Source: the human T2T-CHM13v2.0 reference genome, Homo sapiens. From it: a stretch of DNA of 64,000 nucleotides. Both the position numbers and the translations under genes were made by a program. A model generated the notes under the pieces. It was not told the origin of the DNA. It saw only the letters and a program-made list of their open reading frames with translations, and ran no database searches. How positions within the stretch are numbered: the first letter of the stretch is position 1; each line of letters starts with the position of its first letter. Of this stretch, positions 28,060 to 44,608 are shown piece by piece. Location: assembly GCF_009914755.1 (NCBI RefSeq), contig NC_060947.1; one strand, 5' to 3'.

Positions 28060-28385
28060 TGTCCTTTCTTCAAAGAAAATGCGACTTCAACCAGGAAGCC
28101 TTCCCTGACCCCCACGCCCTGACTTCCACAGCTCTCTCTCTCTGTTGCTTGCTCTATAACGTTCTGCACTTCTCCCCCCAGGCACTCTATCACACAGTGG
28201 ACAAGTGCAAATTATGTGTGTTGTTTTAATTTAATGATCATATGCCCCCCAGCCTGGAAAAGCTTTGGCGGTAGTGTCTATCCCTAGCACATGTTTGCCA
28301 TTGGCTCTCTGGCACATAGCAGCGTGCCTGACACAGAGTAAATGGTCTTCACAAATGGTACTGATTGAAGAAATAAATGAATGGA
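28060..28385 (+). mobile_element. L2 3' end fragment
   Basis: ggaagccttccctgacc...gtgcctgacacagagta...tgattgaagaaataaatgaatg. Confidence 0.6.
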
Positions 28386-28689
28386 GTAGGAGGTCATACA
28401 AAGGAATTTAAGCTTTAGTTATTAGGTCCTGAGGAGCTAGAAAGAATGATATAAATAGACTGAGCTGATGAAATGTTTCATCTTCTCTGGATGGAGCTTT
28501 TAAGAAGTAGGCTCATTATTTTGTTTCCTATGATGTAAATGTCCAAGAGATTTGGCATGATGACACCGAAAACTGAACAAAGACTTGCATTTGGGATCAA
28601 ATATACGTTATTTAATAAATAAAAATACTAATTATCTTTTTATAGGGTGTAGATACAGTACCTAAAGAAAATATATAGAACAGCAAATG

Positions 28690-28910
28690 CCAGACTTTTC
28701 TTCTTCTCATCATTCCCTAAACAATACAGTGTAACAGCTATTTACATAGCACTTACACAGTATTAGGTATTATAAGTAATGTACAGATGATTTTAAATAT
28801 ATAGGAGGATATTTGCAGGTTATATACAAATACCACACCATTTTACTTCAATAACTTGAGCATCTTCAGATGTAGGTGTCTGCCGGGGTGGGGAGGGGAG
28901 GCAGATCCTG
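28690..28910. mobile_element. MER2 (TcMar-Tigger) fragment
   Basis: cattccctaaacaatacagtgtaacagctatttacatagca...gtattaggtattataagtaat. Confidence 0.8.
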
Positions 28911-29046
28911 AAACCCTTAGGGTGCATTATAACTTTGATATACTTTTCCTGAAACTAATAGAATTGTGTTCTTCAAGTATATTCATCCAAGAAGAACATA
29001 CTGTTGTTTCAATGTAACCAGCAGTTATTTTCCACCTGTACTTTTA

Positions 29047-30402
<1,356 letters not shown>

Positions 30403-30585
30403 GCAGTACATATACACAGTGGAGTATTATTCAACCATAAAAAAAGAAATGTCTTTAAGAAAACAAATGTCAATTTCATTTCAAAGTTCTTGTGAATAAT
30501 GAAAATCATCAAAGGAGAAAATTATGCAAGACCAACACAGAGAGAAAACAATATTAAATAACTTTACATGACTTTGAATTACATT

Positions 30586-30685
30586 GTTTTCTTTTCTTTT
30601 CTTTCTTGAGACAGGGTCTCACTCTGTCACCCAGGCTGGAGTGCAGTGGTGAGATCACAGCTCACTGCAACCTTCGCCTCCAGGG
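30586..30685 (-). mobile_element. Truncated Alu 3' fragment
   Basis: (TTTTC) tail then gagacagggtctcactctgtcacccaggctggagtgcagtgg. Confidence 0.85.
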
Positions 30686-31043
30686 ACATTCTTCACCATG
30701 GTTATCTGCAAAGAGTATGACATGATGCGAATATTTATCTGGCTATAGTGTACTTTAGGTGATACGTAATAACTAGAAGTGTTTTGAAGCCTTCTTAGGT
30801 CTTGTATTTCCTTAACTGTTGTAGGTGTTGTGTTCTTAATATAGGATGTTTTATAAATAAATATAACTAAAAATTCATCAAGAAAAATTTTAGCAGAAAC
30901 TAAAGTTGCATAGACTAAAACTATGACTTGCGACATTTCTTAGCTACATCAGGATTCAACCTTGTCCACCCTGGGAAAGGTAGTGTGCAATAGCTGCTCT
31001 TATGCACAAATGATTGAAAACCATTATTTGTGTTATCTTATAA

Positions 31044-31341
<298 letters not shown>

Positions 31342-32183
31342 GTGTTATCTTATAAATTTATGAGGGCTTTTGAAATTCCGATTTTATAGTTAACCACATG
31401 AGCCACATAGGAGTCCAGAGCTCTCTGAGAACTTCTACCTCACCAGCAGTCCTTCTGTGCAAAGTATTTTCATCAATGGGCATTCCGGTCTCTGTCAAAG
31501 TGTAAGATCTATTTGAATCTGACCAAGCCTGTTCTCTAAACACAACCAGGATAAGAAAAAGGACCCAACAAGTGATTCCAAATACCCACTCAAAATGTTT
31601 GTAAATGGTAGCATTCTGACTCAGATGATACCATATCATTACAACTCAGAGAAGATCTTTGAGGGCCATTCAATCCATCTTCTTGGTGAAAACAAGACAA
31701 ATGTAACTCGTTAATGACATGTCATTGTCTCATAATACAGGGAACTTTCCAAGGAAAAGAGGTTACAGTGTCCCTGTAACATGTTACTCCGCTATGCTGA
31801 CTTTTCCATCCTGAATTCCTAGCGAAATCTCTCAAAGCCATTCAAGGGAAAAGGGGTGAGGAGTTGCAAGTGATCAACTTTCAGATTTTCTGCCTGCTAA
31901 TATTTTATTCTCTGATTAACTAATTCATCTAGTAACTCTCTCCAAAACATTTACCATGCCAAAGGAAAACATCAAAACCAGAAGAGAAAAACACAATGCA
32001 GGGACCATCCTGCCTGAGTGTGAAGAAGGAAGATCACACACATATTACTGAATTCCATAATACTCAAGGGCAGGACCAAGACGATGACACAAACCACATC
32101 ATGGAAATGAGCATATAGTGGGGAACTTAGAATTTCCACTAATGTCTGAGGAGAAAGGAAAAGCAAAGAATGGGGTTGGAGGA

Positions 32184-32280
32184 GAAATCTAAGTGTCCAA
32201 TAAACCTCAAAATTACCATGCTGAAGAGGAATCTAAGTGTCCAATGATAGCTCTAAACCTCAAAATTACCATGCCTAAGA
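32184..32280. repeat. Imperfect tandem duplication (units about 44 and 53 bp)
   Basis: aatctaagtgtccaat...aaacctcaaaattaccatgc twice; the second copy has a 9-bp insertion. Confidence 0.88.
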
Positions 32281-33124
32281 CTGTCCCAAATCATCAGGTT
32301 AGTCATTGTCACACATCAGAATAACATGTGAAAGCCACTGGCAACAGTGGCAACACAAGAGTCAGAGGAAAATTCTACATCCTGAGAATGGCAAGTTAAT
32401 AGCAATTCAAGTTCAACAGTCTCCCTTTGTAGATGAGTCAATTGGGGCTCAGGAAGGCTAAAAAATGTATGAACTATTACTGATTCAAACACAAAGAATA
32501 TTTTAATAGTAAGCACACCTTACTTAAAGTCAAAGGCTTTATTTCACATGCCAGGCTACTACTCATCCACCATGGGTGGTAAGCTCTCAGAAAAATTAAT
32601 GTCTTCTTTTCTCAAATGAGATGAATAATGTCTTTACAAGATAATCACAGAGATGTCTATGAAAACCACCTGTGACCATCCAAGGTCAAGGCTGTAGTCT
32701 AGCTGGCAAGATGCCAAGTTCAGTGATATGACCACTTTGCACACAAGGAGTGACTTTCAATAACGTAGAAGGTCTCAGAGAGCTCTGGGGCCCCACCTGG
32801 AGGTTGATTAATCCCAATTAATCATGCGATTAGCCATGGAGAAGTCAGAATTCTAAAATCCCTCAGTAAGTTTTGATACAACAGTAAAGAAAATGGTTTC
32901 CAGTGCCTTATAAATAAGAGCAGCCTAATTAATTTCTACATTGTATGGTTGTTTCAAGTCTTTGCAAAGGCATAATATCCATGTAAAGAATAGAATCTAT
33001 ACAGTTGTTTAATGCAAGGTCACACTAAATTAGATTCACATATCAAAACCCCACTTGGGAGAACATGAAAATGCAATACTGTCAAGTGCTATTCTTAGTA
33101 TAATTTCAAATTCACATTGAAATA

Positions 33125-33565
33125 TATGACTTTGTTTCCTACGGCTGCCATGACAAAGTACCACAACCCAGGGGGCTGAAAGAGCAGAAATTTATTGTCT
33201 CTCGGTTCTGGAGGCTGGAAGTGTGAGACCAAGTTATCGCAAGACCATGCTCTCTCAGAAAGGCCATAGGGGAAGATTGGCTCCATGACTTTCTTTGAGC
33301 TTCTGGTAGTTCCTTGGCTTGTGGCAGCATTCCAACCTTCACATCCGTGTCCTCACATCTCTGCATGTCTGTGTTAAAATTTCTCCTTTCAGTAAGGACA
33401 CCAGTCATATTGGATTAGGGGCCTACCCTCCTCCAGAATGACTCATCTCAATTAATCACATCTCTAACGACGTTATTTCCAAATAAGGCCACTTTGTCAC
33501 TTTCTGAGGAACTGGGGGTTAGGACATCAACATATGGAGTTAGAGGTGCATTATTCAATCCGGAA
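33125..33565 (-). mobile_element. MLT1 (MLT1C-like) MaLR LTR
   Basis: ggctgccatgacaaagtaccacaa...aaatttattgtctc...taaggacaccagtcatattggattagg...tatttccaaataagg. Confidence 0.85.
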
Positions 33566-34479
33566 GCGACTAAAATAAATTAAAGCCATGGGACAAATAC
33601 TACATTGTTTCAGCCACACTTCAACCTGCACCTCAGTTAATAATCTATGTGTTAATATGTTCACGTATTATTTTTTCAATTTGCTTCAACTCACTATCAA
33701 TGTTTATTTCTTCACTTTGGCCTCCTTGCCATCTCCCAGCAAATGTCAGAACATGGTGTTTTGTAACAACCCATCTGTCCATCTCACTGACAATGGTTTT
33801 TCCTTTCATAAAGTACTTCAATCTGACAGCAAGTGGGTGTATCATAAGAAGGCATTTGTAATCCATAATGTAAACTGTTTAGAATCAAGTAGTCCAGTTT
33901 TGGTGAAAATTGATTGCTTGAATAAACATGGAAGAACCACACCGTCATAATGAGGTGATTTGGCCAAGCACACAATTCTCCCCAGGTGTAACCAATCTAC
34001 TTTTAAAATGTTGCACCCTCTGGTGAGACCTTCAGCTTTATGTTCCTGATCTTTGTTCCATACCTGGACCTTGATTACTAATGACCCATTCTCTCCCAGG
34101 AGACCCACTCTCTCTCCCTGAACACATATGTTCAGAGGAATTGACAATGGCCTCTTCATCTGTCAACAAGGTGGAATCAAAACTCATGTTTCAAAAGACA
34201 TGGCAGCCAGACAGTGACTCCAGCCCTCTCATTTGACAAATGAGTCTACTGATTCTAAGTGAGCCTATAATGATGTTTCTGCTGAGGACACCACCACTGA
34301 CTTCTACTTAGTAAGCTCACACTTAATCAATTGTACATAACCTGAATCAAAAAGGGCTGCCCAGAAGAATGTCCAAGCTGGGGGATGGAGAATGGACAGT
34401 TCCAAAGCTAGAACTTGGCACCTCTTATCAAGCAAAGAAAGGTACCAGAGAGAAGCCCGACAGCATGACTGACTGAAGC

Positions 34480-34660
34480 AGTGACTTTCAAAGTGTGGTA
34501 CTGGAACCAGTGATATCAGCCTCACCTGGAAGCTTTTGCAAATTCTGGTGATATACCTTACACTCGTAGAATCAAAACTCCTGGGGCTGGAGAGCAGTCA
34601 GCTGTTTTACAAGTTGTCCAAATATGGCTGATCCCCACGAAAGCCTGAGATGCTTACTCT
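34480..34660. mobile_element. MER5-family fossil
   Basis: cagtgactttcaaagtgtggt...atcagcctcacctggaagctt...gaatcaaaactcctgggg. Confidence 0.65.
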
Positions 34661-34677
34661 TCCTTTGCTTTATGTGA

Positions 34678-35069
<392 letters not shown>

Positions 35070-36388
35070 TGAGACCCTTATTCAGCTCTTACAGGTATCT
35101 TATTGGATTCTTGTCATTGAGAAAGAACAACCCTCTTTGTAAAGCAGTAAGTTGATCTTTGCATGTGCTGGTTTCTTTTTCTCCAAGACCAAGACTCAAG
35201 GTAACAACATTCAGGGCGGTCTAGACCTCTCTGGCCTCTGCTGTCTTGGCCTCATCTCAGTCTCTGGCCATTTTCATACAGAACAACTGTAGAAACATGT
35301 AATTTCTTGCTGGGGATGACTGTGTGGCAAAAGCACAAAGCAGACTTTAAAGGCACTCTCAAATCACCCTATTATTTTTCAAAATAGATGCTTGGCAGCT
35401 GCAAAGCTTGACAGGTGCAATATGTTATACATAACAAGTCATTCCCACAAGGCACATTACTGCCTGGAATCTGGCATGTTGACCAGCAGAGGTTAAGGAT
35501 TAATGTTAAGTTATCAAGCTAATTACTCACATGCATTAAGAGTAGGTGGAGAGGATATGCTTCCGGATAACATGAGCTGGGAACTATTGCTATTATCACT
35601 ATAACCATTAAAAAAAAATCTAATTGAAAAAACGTACCGTGCCCCAGAGATAAAAACTATTATTTCCATGTGCTTCCCTACTGAATATTTTAGCAACACA
35701 TTTTGGAATATGCCTGGTAAGTCCTAGAAGTTGTTGTTTTAATGGTAAAGCAAAACCCCCATCTTGCTATACACATGTAAACTAGGAGATGCAGGACTTA
35801 GTAGTTGAGCTTCATTTGTAGTAGGGAACACCCAAGAAGGGGAAAAAAAATGACTAAAAATACATGTTTTCCCCTTCTAATTGACTTTACTAAGTGTCAG
35901 ATTTTTGTCACATTGTTTTCTTGTGATATATGCTTTTTCATTATGCTAATTTATGTTATTCATTAAAGAGTGCAGAATAATTCATCAAACTAAAATAGAG
36001 TACCTCATAGTCTATTATGCCCTGACTTATATTCTAACCCATTCATCATGATTCTGGGTTATTTTAATATAAACTTCAAAAGACAGTGTGTTTTAATGAG
36101 GGATCACTTGAGAAAACATGATTAATTAAATGTGATGCAAGCGCAAAGAGCAATAACCCCAAGAAAAAACTGCTTTGCAAAAAAATAAAACTCATTCCAA
36201 GAAAAATGTGTTCATTGCAGAATTAGAAGGATGTCTGAAAAGTCAGGTATGTTTTCCCAGTAGAATAGATGACTTGGAATTAAATGACTTTTTTTCCTTA
36301 CACAATATTTATCCAGGATTTCAAATTTCAATTTAAAAATCTACTTAATCTTATCCTATGCATCATACGGAAAGGTGAAATATTTCTC

Positions 36389-36685
36389 TTTTTTCAGAGA
36401 CAGGGTCTCTCTGTCACCTAGGCTGGAGTGCAGTGGCTCAATCATAGCTCACTGTAGCCTCAACATCCTGGGCTCAAGCAATCCTTCTGCCTCAGACTCC
36501 CAAGTAGCAAGGACAAGAGGTATGCACCACCAAGCCTGGCTAATTTTTTCTTTTTCTTTTTTTTTTTTTTGGTAGAGATGGGGTCTCACTCTGATGCCCA
36601 GGCTGGTCTCAAATTCCCGAACTCAAGTGATCCTCCCATCTCAGCCTCCCAAAGCACTGGGATGACAGGCCCACCATGGCCACCC
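36389..36685 (-). mobile_element. AluJ
   Basis: atcatagctcactgtagcctc and ggctcaagcaatcc. Confidence 0.88.
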
Positions 36686-36884
36686 AGAATGGGAAATCTT
36701 TAAGTAACAAAAGCACACACGAGAGATCTGCATGTCATGCTCTACTGATTGAACTAGATACTTCAAAACAAACTGGAAAGAGTCTCTTAAATTAAAAAAT
36801 TAAGTTTTTAAATCTCTTTTGGAAGTGGAGGGGTCTCTCAGACCAGACTGTAGAGCACTGGGGATCCAGGGTTACATACTATTC

Positions 36885-37000
36885 ATTTTATTTTAGCGAT
36901 AGGGTCTCACCGTGTTGCCCAGGCTAGACTAGAACTCCTAGGCTGTGATCGTCCCTCCTCAGTCTCTCAAGCGGCTGGGGCTACAGGCATGCACCACACT
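36885..37000 (-). mobile_element. FLAM / Alu monomer
   Basis: gggtctcaccgtgttgcccaggct...tacaggcatgcaccac. Confidence 0.7.
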
Positions 37001-38049
37001 ATTTTTGAATCCCAGGATCATCAGCACCAGGCACTCCCTCTGGGCCTAACTCAACCTGATGACAGCCAGCGCGTCTGTAGAGCCAAGTAAGAGGCTCTGT
37101 TCTGAGTAAAATGCATGGCATCCCAGAAAACTCAATGAAGCAGCACCACCGTCAAAATGGAGGCAAAGGGCAGTCGACGGTCTGAGAGAGAGGGCAGAGA
37201 CAACAGTCTTCAGAAAGGAAAAGAAGTTTACTTGCAAAGAAGTCCCAAAAACAGAAGACCTTAGGACCAGCTCACCAACAGAAATAATGATAATGTGAAT
37301 TTAAAGAAGAAGATGCAGCATAACTAAGTTTGCATGAGTCTGCTCATAGATAAAACCATCCATCTACTTATATGATCATGCTCACATGCCACGACACATC
37401 TTCACAATCAGGGTTGCCAAAGACGCAAGGAAAGTGAGGTTTTCGTTTAGGAGAGAGAAACTTAACAGAATGCTACAAGGTCTCATTTATTCAGAAGATG
37501 AAAACTTGTCAGGCTAACCCTGTCCTTTTGTGGTCATCTCAGGGCCCAAACCTTCTCCTCTGACTGTGAATGGGGATGTCCATGTCTCCTCATAAGCGAG
37601 AGAGTTCACAGCATCAGTTTTGATTCCAGAATTACTTACAGCAGAGATGTAAGCATAGGAAGGGACAGAACCAGGGTAGGGCACCAGCGATCTGGATCCA
37701 CAGTGCACTCTGGATCACCCTGTAACCCCTCCTCTTGTGGCCTCCCATCTCTGAGCTAGTGACACCTGACACCTCATTTGTGTCTGTGCACCCCAGTTCC
37801 CTGACACAGTCCTTTGGGAATGAAGGCACGTGCCTTGGTCATCTTGGCAACACCAGCGCCTAGCAAAGAGCCTGACACAGCACAGACCCTTAGTGTTTCC
37901 TGAGAACAAGAAGCTAAGCCATGTCATGACTGCCAGGATGTTTGCCATAGAGTGGAAGCAAAACATATACAGATAGAGACAGACACAGAGATAGAGACCC
38001 AGAGACAGAGACAGATGGAATAGATATGGATATCCCGATACAAATATTC

Positions 38050-38232
38050 ACATACTGCTATGTTTGGAGACATCAGTTTTGTCATGACTGAAGGTGGGAG
38101 GCATGGTACTGGCATTGAGTAGGGAGAGGCCAGGGATGCTGTGGAACCATTAAAATGCACCAGACAGCCCCTCCACTCAACAAAGAAGAATCTGCTCCAA
38201 AACGTCCACAGTGTCATAGTTGACAAACCCTG
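38050..38232. mobile_element. MER20, opposite orientation to the copy at 17772
   Basis: tggagacat..ttttgtcat...tactggcatt.agtagggagaggccagggatgctg...ttgacaaaccctg. Confidence 0.75.
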
Positions 38233-38821
38233 AACTAGAAACGCATGCATAATATACACACAGACGAATATATGGAAATTAAATTCTAGCCCTAATTTCA
38301 TGAGGTTATGTAAAAAAGCAACCTCCATCTTCTTTTCAAAATTGTGGAGTAATAAAGTGAACTAGAGTATGCAAATCTTGCCCTATTAAAAACAGGTTTA
38401 AAACATTGCAAAAATCTATGGCTCCTGGATAATAGAAAAATGAAAATTACAGATGGTCGACTAGTCTATATTTGTTTTTCTGGTGATTGTGATACATAAC
38501 CAGAGAATATATTCTATCCAGATTTTTTTTAAAAAATTTCTTTGCAGCTGTGAAGGCATTAGCTCATAACTCCGGATACAAAAATGTGGAAACAACAAAA
38601 ACAACCAAAAGATGTTCTCTACTTTCTTTTAAATTCTGGCCCAATGGGAAAAAAAAAAATACTTCCCAGATGTAGGCCATTTCTGGAATGATGACCACTA
38701 GGTTTGGCTGTACTGCTTTCAAAATGGTACAGCCAAATGTCAAAATAGAAAGGGAGAGGGAAGAGGGGGAAAGAAAAGAGAGATCAGGAGAGAGCGAGAA
38801 GAGAGAGACAATGCATTTCTA

Positions 38822-39222
<401 letters not shown>

Positions 39223-39319
39223 TGATTAAGCAAAAGATATGATGGCACTATCCATCAAGGATATATGGGACACATATTTTAGATTTTAAAGGCAAAGTTC
39301 TAGTTCCAAATGACTTTTC

Positions 39320-39591
<272 letters not shown>

Positions 39592-40471
39592 TGAAATTTA
39601 AAAGAAGCACAGTTGTCAAAACATGTTCACAACAACTGGCCTCCCATTTTCTTCTCATTCTATCTGAAAGGAGTCAGTAACTTCTGCATGAACTTGGCAT
39701 TCATGGCATCAACAGGATTGGTTTCAACTCTAGGGGCCAGGCGCCAATGCTGTGGTGTGGTTTGTAATTCTGCCTTTATGTGGGTCATTCATATGGCAGG
39801 ACTGTTGGGCAGGAATAGGTAACCTCTGATGTCTGGTTGCCATAGCATCTCCTTACAGCTACGTGGTTCTCTGCTCCTTGTTTTAGGCACAATTACGCCT
39901 CTAGGTGAGCAGAACTCTGTCCACTGGGCAGAAATGACCATCAAGCGAGGGATAAAACAGCAGTTGGCAGAGACAAAAGTATCTGGCCATGAAGAAGAAA
40001 AAGTGGAAATCTCAGCGCTGCATCAGAAATTGTTGGTGCAGAGTTCTCAGAAAATATTCGTATACTTCCAATTGTGGGGATGATTCTATTATCACTATTC
40101 GTTATGATTGTAAAGGATCTTGCAATTTGCATTCTGCGGGAGTCCTATCAGTTGGAAAGCAAACTAATGACCCTGAAATGCAATCCTCCTTGGCATACTG
40201 GATTTGTTATAACAACACTCTGGACCTGTCCAGTTGATGGGGTGACACATGTCAATATAAGCTGTGTATTCTGTTAAAAATCTCTCTCCCGTATTTTAGG
40301 CTTACAGGTTTTGGTCAACTTTCTTTCTGGTATACACAGTATAACAAGGAGTCTACATTTCAGAAGAGTGTCATTACTTCCAACAGTGTAGGCATTTAAA
40401 GACAAGGACTGGGATATTTGTGTAAGTCTAGATGGACTGTCTCTTGCAATAATGCCCTATTAGAGATTTAA

Positions 40472-40807
<336 letters not shown>

Positions 40808-41731
40808 TAAATGGTAACAACATATCTGCGTTATCTTTATAAGAATCAGGGTAATGTGAAACACAAAATTATATATTTTTGAGCTCACTAAGAAAATATT
40901 TTCTGAAGTATTAACAACTTGAAAAGCAAAAAAAAAACCTTATGAAAATAAAAAAGTTATAATTCAAAACAAAAGGGTAAACAGAATGTGAATTAAGAGC
41001 CTTGATTAGTTGCCGGATTCTTTTCAAGCCTTTTGATGGGTATTGTTTCTCAGACTCCCCTGAGGAGAGGTTTTAAAGCTTCGGGGATTAAAGAACCCCA
41101 AAACTTCACATCTTTACCATCTTGTTCTCATGTGCAGCCTTGAGAATTTTCAAAATTCTTTTTTTGAAAGATTTCCTCATTGCCTAACTTTTATATTTTG
41201 CAGAGATGCCGGAAAGAATTATAAAGTGTAAACACACACACACATAACCAAAACCCAAACAAAAGGCAATGAAGCAAGCATGTCAGGCACACTGAGCTCG
41301 TGGAAATGGCTGTCACATACATGCAAGCTACAATTACCATGCACAATGACTCCACACATGTCCCACCAACATACACAACAGCAACACAGCCAAGAATGAG
41401 GACACCGCAACTTTTGTTGCAGGCAGCAAACATCCCCTGTGATGTCGAGGACTCCAGCTGCTTGGAACGCTTCCCCAAGAATCTCGATAAAACTCTGCTA
41501 TTTCATTACATGCATGGAAAATTGGATAGGCCTAAAAAAAAGCAATTGACAAAAACAAAAAAAGACATTCTTCATCTGAAAAATATCAATATCCATGATC
41601 ATGAGTTAAATTACTATATGTAAGGATTTAAAAGACGATTCATGGTTTTAATAGTTTCTTTCTTCACGTCAACAACTTGCAGCAATTTTATTAAATGTTT
41701 GTCCTTCTCTCCAGTAGAAAATAATTCTCTT

Positions 41732-42053
41732 GGCCAGGTATGGTGGCTCACACCTGTGATCTCAGTACTTTGGGAGGCTGATGCAACAGAATCACTGGAG
41801 GCCAGGAGTTTGAAACTAGCCTGATCAACATAGCAAGACCCCATCTCTGGGGAAAAACAAAAACAAAAACAAAAAACTTAAAAAAAAAGTAGCCAGGTAC
41901 GGGGGTGTAACACACCTGTAGTCCCAGTTACTCAGGAGGTTGAGGGAGGATTTCTTGAGCCTAGGAGTGCAAAGCTACAGTGAGATATGATCATGGCACT
42001 ACACTCTAGTCTAGGTGACAGAGGGAGACCTTGTGTAAACAACAAACAAAAAA
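41732..42053 (+). mobile_element. AluJ
   Basis: Diverged full dimer. Confidence 0.85.
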
Positions 42054-42399
42054 TTTGTAAAGAAAGTAATTGTTTTGGAGGCAAGAAGCACATCTCACAT
42101 ATGCTGGGGCCTCACAATCTAAGATACCTGAAAGACGGTTGTGTTTTGCAGATTCTTATTGGTTAGAAGAATGAATTGGGTGGGTACGTGCACCACCAGT
42201 CGGGATGGTGTTGATGGACTGATATTTTTCAAGCCATTTTCTATCACACCAGCAACCTTTCAATTGTCCTCATCTGTGCAACTGTGGTGCAAAACTGCCT
42301 CCAGAAGCCAGTGAGAAATCCCGTCCTAGTTCCCTTACAACTGAGTGTCTCTGGATCATAATATAGGTGCTGTTTCCCCTCTGTCTTCTCTCGCTGTTA

Positions 42400-42615
42400 A
42401 CATACTAAGAAGTGGAGTCATTCAGTACAAATATCTAGGAATGTGACAATGAGGGCTTGAGTTTCTGCTATGGATCCTTGGTTATCTCATTTTCAGGCCT
42501 TCAGTTTTCTTATCTGTAAAGAAAAATAACATTCCTGACCTCACAGAGTAGTTGTGATGGTCAAATAGATATTTTATGTGAAACAACTGTGTCAGCTCCA
42601 AAACACTGTAAAATG
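42400..42615 (+). mobile_element. MIR
   Basis: cttcagttttcttatctgtaaa...acctcacagagtagttgtga. Confidence 0.65.
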
Positions 42616-43318
42616 CAATGCTAAATGCCTTCTGTCCTGTGGCTCAGGAATTCCGGAGAGCTTCTAATTTCCACTAATTCAGAAGCTGTGTCCAACCGCA
42701 AGCCAAGAGATAGCCTCCTTTTCCTCCCTTCTTCTTTCTTAGGCTCTTTCTTAGAGGTGTGGCCAAGGATCTCCATAGAGATCAACTGAAAAGCATTAAG
42801 AGTTGAAATTCAACCAGATTAGCAAGAACCAGCAAGACACACATCCCTAAGTGTTGTGGCTTGAATGTGGCATCATGTTACAATGGGCATGCTCTTAACC
42901 TGCCTTGCAGAACAAAGCACTTGAGCTTTGTGGCTATTTATTCCTTCTCTAACAAGTTCCCAAAGTCTGGCTGCTAGCTGGGAGGCTGATGCTATATCAT
43001 GGCCATTTAGGTTATGGTCCCCAACAACAGACCACACTGTTGCAAGACTCTGTATTTATACACATGCTGTTCCAAGCTGGAATAACTCAGCTAGCAGTTA
43101 TGAGACTTTCCCTAAAAAGATAAACACCCTCCCTCCTCTGAGATCTCATACAAAAAACTCCATCTATTGGGCTGAACTTGTCTGTTTACAAACAAGTCTT
43201 AGCCTAGAATAGACCCTAAGTTCCTCATGTACAGAGGTTTTAGCTCATCTTTGGAATTGTAACAATCCACTGATATTAGCTGAAATAAATGCAACTTATT
43301 AAATCAGTACTTTTTAAA

Positions 43319-43684
43319 AAAATACATTTCTATAGGTTTTTGGGGAGCAGGTGGTATTTGGTTACACAAGTAAGTTCTTTAGTGGTGACTTGTGAGATTT
43401 TGGTGCACCCATCACCCAAGCAGTATACACTGAACCCAGTGTGTAGTCTTTTATCACTCACCCCCTTCCCACCCTTTCCCCCGGAGTCCCCAAAGTCCAT
43501 TGTATCACTCTTAGGACTTTGCATCCTCATAGCTTAGTTCCCACTTACAAGTGAGAACATACAATGTTTGGTTTTCCATTCCTGAGTTACTTCACTTACA
43601 ATAATGGTCTCCAATCCCATCCAGGTTGCTGCGAATACCATCAGTTCATTCCTTTTTATGTCTGAGTGGTACTCCATTATGTGT

Positions 43685-43722
<38 letters not shown>

Positions 43723-44608
43723 ACCACAGTTTCTTTATCCACTCATTGATTGATGGGAATTTGGGCTGGTTCCACATTTTTGCAATTGCGTGTGCAAGTA
43801 TCTTTTTTCATATAATGACTTATTTTTCTCTGGGTAGATATCCAGTAGTGGGATTGCTGGATCAAATGGTAGTTCTACTTTTAGTTCTTTAAGGAACCTC
43901 CACACTGTTTTACTAGTTTACATTCCCACCAGTGGTGTAGAAGTGTTCCCTTTTCACTGCATCCATGTCAACATCTATTATTTTTTGATTTTTTGATAAT
44001 GGCCATTCTTGCGGGAGTAAGGTGGTACCACATCGTGGTTCGACAAAGCAAGCAAAAACATAAAGTGTGGAAAGGACACCCTATTCAACAAACGGTGCTG
44101 GGATAATTGGCAAGCCACATGTAGGAGAATGAAACTGGATCCTCGTCTCTCATTTATATAAAAATCAACTCAAGATGGATCAAGGACTTAAATCTAAGAC
44201 CTGAAACTATAAAAATTCTAGAAGATAACATTGGAATAACCCTTTGAGACACTGGCTTAGGCAAAGATTTCATGACCAAATACCCAAAACCAAACACAAC
44301 AAAAACAAAGATAAATAGGTGGGACTTAATTAAACTGAAGAGCTTTTGCGCGGCAAAAAGAACAGTCAGCAGAGTAAACAGACAACCCACAAAGTGGGAG
44401 AAAATCTTCACAACCTATACATCTGACAAATAACTAATATCCAGAATCTACAAGGAACTCAAACAAATCAGCAAGAAGAAAAAACAAGCAATCCCATCAA
44501 AAAGTAGGCTAAGGACATAAATAAACAATTCTCAAAAGAAGATATACAACTGGCCAACAAACGTATGAAAAACATGCTCAACATCACTAGTGATCAGGGA
44601 AATGCAAA
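43319..44608 (-). mobile_element. L1PB-like element with 5' inversion (minus 43319..44040, plus 44041..44608)
   Basis: L1 3' UTR and ORF2 end on the minus strand, upstream ORF2 segment on the plus strand; 19-bp TSD taaatcagtactttttaaa; contains (CA)n at 43687..43723. Confidence 0.92.
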
